The notes under the pieces: generated by a model
Told to the model about the DNA's origin: nothing
The model's input: the letters and a program-made list of their open reading frames with translations, nothing else
Database searches by the model: none
Position numbers and translations under genes: made by a program
NCBI RefSeq assembly: GCF_964188315.1
Contig: NC_135656.1
Coordinates: forward strand, 120,714,001-120,778,000
Reading direction: 5' to 3'
Source: Podarcis muralis
Taxonomy: Eukaryota
DNA length: 64,000 nt
In this document: positions 9,986 to 19,613 of the stretch, piece after piece
Position numbering within the stretch: position 1 is the first letter of the stretch
Layout: every line of letters begins with the position of its first letter

Positions 9986-11587
9986 ATGGGCAACCTGCAG
10001 AATAAGATGGAGAGGACAAACGAAAGGAACTGGTTGGGACCACAGTTCAGCATGAAAGAGGCATGGAGTGGTTCCCAAAACCCTATGGAAGAATCTCCAC
10101 TGGAGCCTTCCCAAGAGGATGATAAGAATTTTGTCCTGGCATTGGAGAGCAGCATGGAAGAAGAGAAGGAACCGTCCAGTTCTGACGTGCTGAACTTGCC
10201 GCTTCCAGCGCAAGCAGAAGCACATTGTGTCCAGGTTCCCCTGAACAGCACCCCAGGCGAGGTCCCAAAGCTGCGTAGAAGCAGGCGCCTCCTAAGACAG
10301 TCCTCCTCCCTTGAGCCAGAGGACACCACCACTATGGAGCCACCAGCAAAAAGGCAGAGGATCTCTTTTGTGTGGAGATACTTCACGACAACAAGTAAAT
10401 TTGTGGTCCAGTGCCGTGTCTGCCATAGGGCCGTTCGCCTTGGGAGGCCTGATGGTTGCCAACTGGTGGGAACCACGGCAATGCACAGTCACATGATGCG
10501 AAAGCACAGAGACGTCCTTGACAAGGCGTCAGAAAGTGGCAAGACTGCATCTTCCAGGCCTCGAACCCGGTCTGTCTCAGGCACCTTGAGGTCTCACTCC
10601 GCTCTTAATGAGGTAGCAGGAAGTGGCCAGATGACACCCTCCAGGCCTCACACTCGGTCCATGTCAGGCAGTTCTAGATTGCAGTCCACTCCGCCGACCT
10701 GTGTGGCATGCCAGCCAATGGAAGTCACTTTGCTAGAGAGCAACAGCAGCCAAGATTTTGAGTCCAGAGATGGCAACACTATGCTGGTACCGGAGGACTG
10801 TGCAAAGGCAAGGGCACTACCAGGACTCAAGGAAGGAGGAGCCTCTGGCTTCAAAAGGCCCCAAAAGAACCCACTTCAAAAGGTTGCCGCCAACATGGAA
10901 CCATCAGCCCATCGTGGGGAAACGTCTTTTGTGTGGAAACTCTTCGCCAAGGATGCCAATAGCAAATTTGCGGCCCGTTGCAGTCAAACTGTTAGTCTTG
11001 GGAAGCCCAGCGGCTGCCAGCAGGTGGGAGCCACCACAATGAACAGCCACCTCATGAAATGGCACAGAGATGTGGCTGACAAGGCCGAAAGAAGCAGCAG
11101 TACAACACGCTCCTTCCCTCCTAGGCAGAAAGAAAAGGCAAATGACCGGCTCTGTGGAGGAAAGATGGAAGAGCTAGGCTCTGTGGCAACTGACGCAGGG
11201 GAAAGAGCAAGGGTGGCTCCTCACTTTGTCCAGGCGAGGGACAGTGTGGCAGCCTCAAAGAGAACCGCACAGGAGATCCTGGGCGAGGAGGACGTCCTTG
11301 GCTCTGACGCTCGGCGCCAACGTTTCAGGCATTTCCGCTACCAGGAGGCCGAGGGGCCCCGAGAGGTTTGCAGCCAATTCCACCGCCTCTGCCAACAGTG
11401 GCTGAAGCCGAGGAGACTCACCAAGGCTCAGATGCTGGACCTGGTGATCCTGGAGCAGTTCCTGGCTGCCCTCCCCCCGGAGATGCAGAGCTGGGTCAAA
11501 GATTGTGGGCCGGAGACCAGCGCCGAGGCAGTGGCCCTGGCTGAAGGTTTTCTCATGAGCCAAGCGGAAGACCAGAAGGAGGCTGAG
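9986..11587 (+). CDS. Copy 1 coding exon 1: BED1 (10361-10507), degenerate BED2 (10922-11065), SCAN (~11291-11560)
   Basis: Acceptor ctctcccaccag/9937 and donor GAG/gtgaga. BED motif W-x2-F...CRVC...[17 protein letters not shown] motif [32 protein letters not shown]...LEQFLAALP. Confidence 0.93.
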
Positions 11588-14500
11588 GTGAGAGACTGTT
11601 TTGCTCTGGTAATTCCGAGGCCCTAAAATCCTTTATTTGCATTTGGATTCACTGCCTCGCGAAGTGCTGATCAATCTTCTAGCTGATAAATTAGACCCTC
11701 TCAGGTGCTGAGATCTGCAGATGGGGCCCTCTTGGTAGTCCTGCACCCTCAGGGGTTTGGTGGGTGGCAGAAGGCCTTCTCTGTGGTGGCCCCTAAGCTG
11801 TGGCACTCCTTCCCCACAGAGGCACATCTGGTACCTACATTATACGGCTTCCAGCGAATGCTGATGACGCTCATTTTTGCCCTGGCTTTTGAGGTGTATG
11901 CCTTTAGGACTCGCCTTCTATGAATCCAATTTTTGAATTGTTTTTAGTATTGTGTTTTACTGCTGCAACCTGCCCTGGGACCTTAGAGTGAAAGGGAGGG
12001 TAAATAATAATTATTAATGATGATGATACCGTATTGGCCCGAATATAAGCCGCTCCCTTCCTCGCTTTCTCCCTTCCCGGCCTTGGGGGAGAGGACATGG
12101 GACTACGCGTGGGACAGGCACCACTTTGCTGTGCTCCTGGCTGCATACTGGATAATTTTTGTAAGGTCGTGAATATAAGCTGCACTTTTAACTTTTCACG
12201 GTCGGAATTTGGGGGGAAAGTGCGGCTTATATACGGGCCAATACGGTAATAATAACTTAATACTTGAACATTGATTCATCTTGCGTTATTTAATGGCACC
12301 CCTGGCCTTTGCCTGACCTGTTTCCTGTCTCTCTCTCTCTCTCTCCCCCCCCCCCCACACTTTCTTGCATGGGTTCCTATCTCAGGCGCAGGAGATGTCA
12401 TCCAAAGCAACCTCACGTTTCATGGAGGCAGAGAACACCCTGCCAGATGCCACCGAGAGGCCGCTCTTCAGGGAGATCAAGCAGGAGGCTGACATGGGCA
12501 CCACCTTTCTGGGTAAGGACCATAACGGAGCAGGCTTCAACATAGCCTCTCCTTCTCTTGAATATGCCTGGATCCTGTGGTTAAATTACGGAGCCTAAAA
12601 CGCCTCCCCGTTTTCTTTGTCTTCTCCGTAGGATGTCAAACAACGTTTGGAGACAGCGAGATGGCCCCAGAGGTTCCTTCTAGGCCTCCTCCTCTTTGTG
12701 GTGGACTGGAAATGGCTTCTGCTCAGTTGGAACAGGTATGGGGTGGGTGGAATAGTTGGGGAGATGGGCAGGGGACCATCCAGGTTCCTTTTTCAGACCC
12801 TGCAAGAGGTGTGGGATTTGATGGGACATCCTCCTTTCAGGCTCCCGTGTCCCTTGAGGAGGTGGCAGTGCATTTCAAAGAGGATGAATGGGCTCTGCTG
12901 GATCCGGAGCAGAGAGCGCTGCACAAAGAAGTCATGGAGGAGAATTATGCGAGTCTGGTATCTCTAGGTAAGGCTCCTCCTTGGTTTTGGCTGCTAGATC
13001 CTGAAAGCAGGAATAGTTGCTGCTCTTTGTATGCGGCAGTGCATTGTGGGAAACGTCACGGCGTGTGACAGGGCCTTCTTTCAGACGTCTACATAGCTGT
13101 CAACTTTTCCCTTTTCTTGTGAGGAATCCTATTCGGAATAAGGGAATTTCCCTTTAAAAAAGGGAAACGTTGGCAGCTATGCGTCTCTTAAAAACTTTAC
13201 TTTTTAGTCTCATCTTTACAATATGGATTTCCCCTCCCCTTCAGCCAGCTAGTATCTGTTGCTGTTTTACTGATGTTTGTAAACACGTTTTACAGATATT
13301 AATTTTCATTATTTTAAAGTTTATTTATACTTTTCAAATTCATACATTTCATTAATTTCACAATCGTTTTAACATTTCAAAGTTTGGCTTCCTCCGCCCC
13401 CCCCCCCCTTTCGACGGTTCCTTAAATTTATTTTTTTAATATCTTCTGCATATACAAACACATTTAATTTGCTCATTTAATTATCTACTTTAAATATAAA
13501 CTCGAATGAAACTGCAGGTTATTGCACTAACCCTGCCAATGTTTTTATCTGTTTGCAATTTATCAGTAAATATTCACTAAGCCATTTCCATTCTTTTATA
13601 AAAAGTTTATCTTGATTTCTTATTCTTCCGGTAAATTTCGCCATTTCTGCATAGTCCATAAGTTTTTGCATCCTTGCTATTGTAGTCGCATACATAAATA
13701 AATTTCTATACAATTTAGGTAGTTCTGTCCCTAAATTTCCAAAAGAGAAGCTTCTGGTTTTTTTTCTTTCTTACAAAGGTTATTTTGAACATCCTCTTCA
13801 ATTCATTATATATCATTTCCCAATAAGCTTACTGGCTGACCATTTTACAGATATTTATTGACTGATTTAACGAGCTGCCTTGATATATGCTATGAAAGTG
13901 CAAATCAAAAAAATTCAAATAAATAAATAGTCAGTTAAATAAGCTCTGGCCCCATCCAAGCTATACATTTAAGACAGCATTATACCATTACCCAGGCCTA
14001 TGGCTATTAAATAATCTATGATCTGTAAAAGTGTGGGGACTATTATTATAATTAGGTTGTCTGTTAGAATGCTCTTTATTATGTTTTTGTCATTGATGCT
14101 GCGTAATGTGTTTTAATGTTGTACACCGCCCTAATAATATCTTCTTTCTCTTAAAAAAGGACTACCAGTTTCCAGATCTGACATCGCTTTGCAGAAAGAA
14201 TGGGAAAATGCATTCACTGAGGGCTGTGAAGAAGAGGAGAAATTAGCAGGTAGGAGCTGAATTGACATGAGGCTCCCTGCATTTTTAGCCTAGCAAGCTA
14301 TGCAAACACCTGGCAGACATTTTTATTTCTGTGTGACCAGACTCCCGTGCCCTCCTTAATTCAACTGGTGGGCACCAGAGGCAGGCAGGACCAGTGGCGT
14401 AGCGTGGGGGGTGCAGGGGGGGCCGGCCGCACCGGGCGCAACATCTGGGGTTAGGGCAAATCCATGGGTTAGGGGGCGCAAATCCACGGGTTAGGGGGCG

Positions 14501-15937
14501 CAAATTACTTGTCTTGCCCCGGGTGCTGACAACCCACGCTACGCCACTGGGCAGGACCTTTTTGGTAGTGTCTCCTGCACTCTGGAATTAATTTCTGAAA
14601 AGATATACAACAGGGGCTCCCCTCAGTTTAAGAAAGTCTTTATAAAAGCTTACCTGTTTTCTCTTACCTGTAACTGAATGCCGAAGAGGTAGCTCTCTAC
14701 CCTGGCCTTGAGACCTGAGACATGTTTTGAGAGCCTGCCCCTTTCCCAGGACTGTAATTTTTAAAATTCTTTTTAAAACTACAAATTTTAGATTGTTGTA
14801 AACCACCCCAGGACCTGCTGGCAGAGGGTGCGTAATAGATTTACTAATGCTAATAATTTATGCTACTTATTTCACGCACAAAAATACTTAGCACTTGATT
14901 ATAGAAAAACCTCAAAGCAAGGCACATGTTGTATCATCGAACTACAGCTATTTCCTTGCAGGATTTGGGTTGTGCTTCAGAGTTAAAACAGAAACCAAGG
15001 GTAAATTCAAATCATTAAAAATGGTAATAAACTACAAACACATCAGTATTCTAGATATCTGGGTAGACTTGCCTGAGCAAAAAACGTTTTTAGCAGGCCC
15101 CAAAAAGAGTACAGTGAAGGCACAATATGCAGGGAGTTCCGAAGTATAGAGACTGCCATACTAAAATATCAATTTCCCCAAAATGCGGAACATATTATGT
15201 GGCATGTGCAACAGTATCGGTTATTATTTCCTTTTCACCATCAGAGGCTGTTTGATGGAATTGAAAGGGATCTGCCTCCCCACTTAATATTTTCTGCTTT
15301 CTTTGATTTCTTTGAGTTTCCTTCCTTATTTGAGGACCTGTTCCTGATTTCTCTCTCGATTCTTTCAGGTGATGGGAGTGATAGTGATGAGGAAAACAGT
15401 CCTCAAAGAAAGCAGAAGCAGAAGAAGCGCTTGACGTCTGTAGGGACTGGCTTCCGTGGAGTTCCAATACTGGCAGAACGTCATGCAGGAAACAAAAGGA
15501 ATATTGAGAATGGAGAGAGGCTGTTGATGTGCTCAGAGTGTGGAAAGGGTTTCATTGGCTGGAAGAACCTTACTAAACATCAGAGAATCCACATGGGAGA
15601 AAAACCACATGAATACTCAGAGAACAGGAAGCCATTCTCTCGCAGCTCAGACCAGGGATTCCATGTTGGCACAAAGCCCTATAAATGCTCAGAGTGTGGA
15701 AAGAGCTTTGTTCAGAGCACGTACCTGCGAGTGCATAAAAGAATTCACACAGGGGAGAAGCCGTACAAATGCTTCGAGTGCGGAAAGAGCTTCGGCTGGA
15801 GCGGAAACCTCAACAGGCACCACAGAATCCACACAGGGGAGAAGCCGTATCAATGTTCCCAGTGTGAGAAGAGTTTCCGTCACGGATCAAGCCTTAAACT
15901 TCACCAGAGAATTCACGGAGGTGAACGCACTTTATAA
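9986..15937 (+). CDS. BED-BED-SCAN-KRAB-C2H2 zinc finger protein, copy 1 (872 aa, 6 coding exons)
   Basis: Exons 9986-11587, 12386-12512, 12632-12735, 12841-12967, 14160-14249, 15369-15937. All introns are GT-AG, phases 0/1/0/1/1 are consistent, total 2619 nt with no internal stop. An in-frame TAG at 9944 upstream of ATG 9986 fixes the start. Confidence 0.9.
11600..12010 (+). mobile_element. L2-clade LINE 3' fragment in coding intron 1
   Basis: [24 protein letters not shown]-like RT C-terminus and an L2-type tail. Confidence 0.7.
12029..12246. mobile_element. Tc1/mariner (pogo/Tc2-type) MITE in coding intron 1
   Basis: 25-bp TIR ccgtattggcccgaatataagccgc (1 mismatch) with TA on both sides; also at 29135-29345 and 47685-47901. 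Confidence 0.9.
12386..12512 (+). CDS. Copy 1 coding exon 2 (linker, PLFREIKQE motif)
   Basis: ctcag/GCG...CTGG/gtaagg, 127 nt, phase 0 to 1. Confidence 0.85.
12632..12735 (+). CDS. Copy 1 coding exon 3 (linker)
   Basis: tctccgtag/GA...CAG/gtatgg, 104 nt, phase 1 to 0. Confidence 0.83.
12841..12967 (+). CDS. Copy 1 coding exon 4: KRAB-A box
   Basis: [42 protein letters not shown]; canonical 127-nt KRAB-A exon; cctttcag/ and /gtaagg. Confidence 0.93.
13270..13825 (-). mobile_element. L1-clade LINE 3' fragment in the KRAB-A/KRAB-B intron
   Basis: [28 protein letters not shown] on the - strand, related to 1618-2253; also at ~30700-31262 and ~48880-49455. Confidence 0.8.
14160..14249 (+). CDS. 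Copy 1 coding exon 5: divergent KRAB-B box
   Basis: (G)[29 protein letters not shown](G) resembles the KRAB-B pattern GLPVSKPD...EEGEEP; 90 nt, phase 1-1, open in all three complete copies. Confidence 0.78.
14392..14549. mobile_element. Young hAT MITE, copy 1 only
   Basis: Perfect 17-bp TIR cagtggcgtagcgtggg and perfect 8-bp TSD ggcaggac; empty site in units 2 and 3. Confidence 0.95.
15369..15937 (+). CDS. Copy 1 coding exon 6: C2H2 array (4 intact fingers + 1 degenerate)
   Basis: tctttcag/GT; [10 protein letters not shown], then a Cys-less 24-aa finger, then three HTGEKP-linked fingers; stop TAA at 15935. Confidence 0.95.
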
Positions 15938-16001
15938 ACATCGAGGTTTTGGTGGAATACATACGTTAATTCGCATTACAAAACTTGCACTTGGGAGAAA
16001 C

Positions 16002-16127
16002 TCAACGGCCCTCCAGCTGTTTTGGGACTACACTTCCCATCATCCCTGACCACTGGTCCTGTTAACTAGGGATGATGGGAGTTGTAGTTCCAAAATACCT
16101 GGGGGGCCAAGTTTGCCTATGCCTGGA
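16002..16127. mobile_element. Palindromic hAT-type MITE in the 3'UTR (left end truncated)
   Basis: ggccctccagctgtttttgggactaca...gagttgtagttccaaaa...gtttgcctatgcctg; an intact version with TSD is at 52234-52369. Confidence 0.8.
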
Positions 16128-16803
16128 TAGTGGAGCGTGGATATTCTGGTATCCCTTCAGGAGAAAGCACATGAATAATTACAGCAACCTTCACAATCTG
16201 ATGCCCTCCAAATGTTTTGGACTACAATTCTCATCGGCCGCGTGCATCACAGCCACTGGGTTCCCCCAAAGAACATGGGTGGTGTTTGGTATTTTGTAGC
16301 AAAAATCCACCTTCCCACCAAAATACAGAACAACCACATAGGATTTGCACCAACCTGGAGCTACGATACTTTTATCACTGTCCCGTTGTGTTTGAAAGGA
16401 ACTATTGGACAGCACTTTGATTGACTTGTTTATTTCTAGAGTCACGTTTCCCCCTCATTATGACTTACTGGCATTGCATTGCAGTAGGATGTGAGGTTTT
16501 TCATCGTTTCTGCGGCTCCTGGGCTGCCTCAGGTGTAGCAGTGCAGAAAGGCGAGCGTACTAAACCACAAATGCAATGCAATGAGCTCTTTCTGCTTAGT
16601 TTTGTACACAGCACACACATTTTGATAAATAACAACCTTTTGCATTGCCTTGGCGACATTTGAAAATAGGTCTTGGAGATGCCAGTTTTGTGCGGATGCC
16701 TTTTGGATATCTAGACTGGATTTGGAACACATCAAAGAAGAGTTTCAGTTAAATGTGTTGTAAATTTAAACAGGGAAATCCGGGAGGGAAAGATGGGACT
16801 CCA

Positions 16804-16836
16804 CAGCGCCATCTGGTGGCACAGTGTTATATTGCA
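16804..16836 (-). promoter_or_regulatory. CTCF-binding site (core + upstream module), unit 1
   Basis: The - strand reads TGCAAT-N11-CCACCAGATGGCGCTG, a full match to the CCASYAGRKGGCRS core. Confidence 0.75.
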
Positions 16837-16975
16837 TACACAACACTTTTTCTTTACTAGCCTAGCCGAGTCCTTAATGTGATGAGCACTATGTATATAA
16901 TGTGTTATGTGTATTCTTATTTTGTTACTATTTGTATTTGTTATATAAGGTTATTTTTTATCTGTTGAATTTGCA

Positions 16976-16981
16976 AATAAA
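16976..16981 (+). terminator. Candidate polyadenylation signal
   Basis: First AATAAA I found after the stop codon, preceded by TGTA/T-rich sequence; conserved at 35270 and 53419. Confidence 0.55.
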
Positions 16982-17019
16982 CGGTTTTTTTAAATGAAAC
17001 AAAATTTTGGGGGGGGGGA

Positions 17020-17190
17020 ATTGTGTTATATGATCTCGGCAGGCACTCCCAGTCACCAGTCTAGCTGCCGAATTCTGGATTAGTTGCAGTTTCCGGGTCA
17101 CCTTCAAAGGTAGCCCCACGTAGAGCGCATTGCGGTAGTCCAAGCAGGAGATGACCAGAGCATGCACCACTCTGGCAAAACGGTCCACAG
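17020..17190 (-). mobile_element. L2-clade LINE RT fragment
   Basis: VVHALVISCLDYRNALYVGLPLKVTRKLQLIQNSAARLVTG; also at ~35315-35485 and ~53465-53640. Confidence 0.82.
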
Positions 17191-17546
17191 GCTAGATTCT
17201 CTTGCAACACATTCTCTTGCCCTTCAGAAGAGAAGGACATCCCTTCCTTCTCTATCCCTTCCTCTTTGAGCTTCCATATCTCCTGGAAACCTTGCCCTTG
17301 GTCTTCAGGATTCCCTATTACGGACACTCCTATCTCTCAGTTGCTGGATCAAAACAATTTTAAATGTAATCACTCTATTTTGGAGTTATTATGTTTACTG
17401 CATTTGTCAGACACTTTTTCTTAGTGGAAAAAAAAGAGTCTCAGAGCAACCTAACCAGATAAACTAAAACACCTAATAATTAATTAAATAATTAAAAACA
17501 CCTAAAATGCTCATCCGGCAGCATCCATGCTTTTATCTTGTATTTA

Positions 17547-17928
17547 TTTGTTGTTGTTTAGTTGTTTAGTCGATTAGGACTCTTTGTGACCCCATGGACC
17601 AGAGCACGCCAGGCACTCCTGTCTTCCACTGCCTCCCGCAGTTTGGTCAGACTCATGCTGGTAGCTTCGAGAACACTGTCCAAGCTTCTCCTTGTGCCCT
17701 CCATCTTTCCCAACATCAGGGTCTTTTCCAGGGAGTCTTCTCTTCTCGTGAGGTGGCCAAAGTATTGGAGCCTCAGCTTCAGGATCTGTCCTTCCAGTGA
17801 GCACTCAGGGCTGATTTCCTTCAGAATGGAGAGGTCTGATCTTCTTGCAGTCCATGGGACTCTCAAGAGTCTTCTCCAGCACCCTAATTCAAAAGCATCC
17901 ATTCTTCGGCGATCAGCCTTCTTTATGG
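17547..17928 (-). mobile_element. 5'-truncated RTE-BovB LINE
   Basis: DAFELGCWRRLLRVPWTARRS..SLEKTLMLGK..AWRALVHGVTKS; 13-bp TSD atcttgtatttat at 17534 and 17929. Confidence 0.92.
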
Positions 17929-18188
17929 ATCTTGTATTTATAGTTTGCTTTTATTTTTATTTTATCCCAGAACTGCCCTGAGATCTTTTGATGAGAGATG
18001 GCATATAAATCTAATTGAAAAATATAAAAAATAAAATTGGTTAAAAAAAATCCTAACCCACCTGATTAAAAGATGAGCAGCACCATAGAAGGCACCGGCT
18101 TGGGGGGGGGGGGGAACACATTTGGTGTCTGAAATACTTTCATCACATGATGAAAGGTTAGCTACTAGAGATAAGGCAATCAGTTAAT

Positions 18189-18970
18189 CAGGGCTGGATT
18201 TAGAAGAAGAGAGGCCCTGGGCTGCTCCACTTGTGAGGCCCCTCCCCACCCTCACAGCTAAAAGATAATGAAAGAGTGTTATAAACAGTACTGAATGAAG
18301 ACAAGGATGCTCAAGGGTATTTAAAATTCTGCAATTCTCAATTTCTCCTCCAAAGGACATAAGATGTTATTGTTAAACGCCATGGTGATTTTTTAAAAAT
18401 GAAAAAAAATTAACACTGAAAAACTTTTGCAGTACCTGAACTTCGTAAACCTTTTGAGGAAGAAGCATTATTTTTTAGGAAAATGAAGTTGCAATGTCAT
18501 TCTTTAAAAAAACCACACACCTTGAGTTTACAAATTATATTGCCTGGGAAGTGTAAATAATATGATCATGATTAGCTGACAGTGTGGCACTTCTAGAATT
18601 TACTTTACGTTAAAACAAAAAAAAAATCCTTCCAGTAGCACCTTACTTTACGTTGTCATTAAAAAGTCAGTTTTAAAATACATATTAAGAAGTAAACTAC
18701 AACCATCAAATACAGTAAGGCTAAAATGTTTTCCTCTCCTAGCCTTCCTCATAGGAAAATCTTCATCAAAATTTGTTTGTCTAAGTTTGTCACTTTCAGT
18801 ATACAGAATGCTCAGTGTGGACAACCTTTCTTGAGACATTGTGGCCCTTAATTGATTTTTAATTCTTTTGAGTCTTGAAAAAAATCCTCTCTCCTGAGCA
18901 GCAAGTGACCATAGGGCTAAGAAATAGCTGCAAGATTGCTTCCACATTAGGAAAGGACACCTGGTGTTTT
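18189..18970 (-). mobile_element. Decayed hAT transposon 3' end, unit 2
   Basis: hAT-type terminus cagggctggattta at 18189; same remnant as 1-720. Confidence 0.8.
18612..18642. mobile_element. 31-bp Penelope-like terminal fragment with 12-bp TSD (units 2 and 3 only)
   Basis: ttactttacgtt flanks aaaacaaaaaaaaaatccttccagtagcacc, which matches the end of the insert at 30317. Confidence 0.75.
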
Positions 18971-19613
18971 CCCTTGTATATAATTTGATAAAGATGAGAC
19001 AGAGACTTCTCTGCTGTTTACAATCCAGGGGTATATAAGATTTCTGAAATAAAGTTTCCTGCAATGCAGGAATCAGAATTCGATCCTTTGCAGCCCTTTC
19101 AACTCTGCAGTTCTGTAATTCTGTGCGATATATATATATATAAGACATTGCATATATAAATTGCAATTTCAGCTGAATTTGCGGGAACCACTTGAAGCAT
19201 TCCTTGTGTTGAGCCATTTCCATTGCTTTTGTTTATTTCCTCATTGCAAACAGCTGAAAGTCTGTAAATGTTGATAATCAACTTGATTTTCAGTGGGTGG
19301 TTGAATAATTATAATTGCTACTGTAGATACATGCATATAGATTACATAGGTTTTGCCAGCCTTGGCTTCTTTCCTCTCCACCCCACCCCTTTTACATTTG
19401 CAAATGAAGCCAATCAAGCCAGGTAATTGCCCAGGGCATTCCCCATTGATAAGCAGATGAAGGTGAGGCTGGTGACCTACTTTTCTGCCCTCAAAGTCAA
19501 AGACTTGTTGCCATCCAGACCCCCAGGGGTCAAGTTAGTGATTAATTGGATTAGTTCAGTTTCACAGCCATAGCCTCACAGCTTTTGCCAACCTGGGAGT
19601 CCTTTTAAGTTTA

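Larger units (their letters stand above)
1..18221 (+). repeat. Segmental duplication unit 1 (~18.2 kb)
   Basis: The sequence ctgctccacttgtgaggccc recurs at 1, 18222, 36522 and 54683, with colinear content between occurrences. Confidence 0.97.

Noticed and set aside
11588-11626. ORF end [12 protein letters not shown] as the real C-terminus
   Set aside because: It is read-through past a good GAG/gtgaga donor into an L2-derived intron; I saw no nearby AATAAA supporting termination there.
15197-15368. N-terminal extension of the zinc finger ORF in copy 1
   Set aside because: It is the intronic polypyrimidine region; the extension is not open in copies 2 and 3.
17562-17981. 139-146-aa + strand ORF conserved in three units
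   Set aside because: Antisense shadow of the BovB reverse-transcriptase frame.
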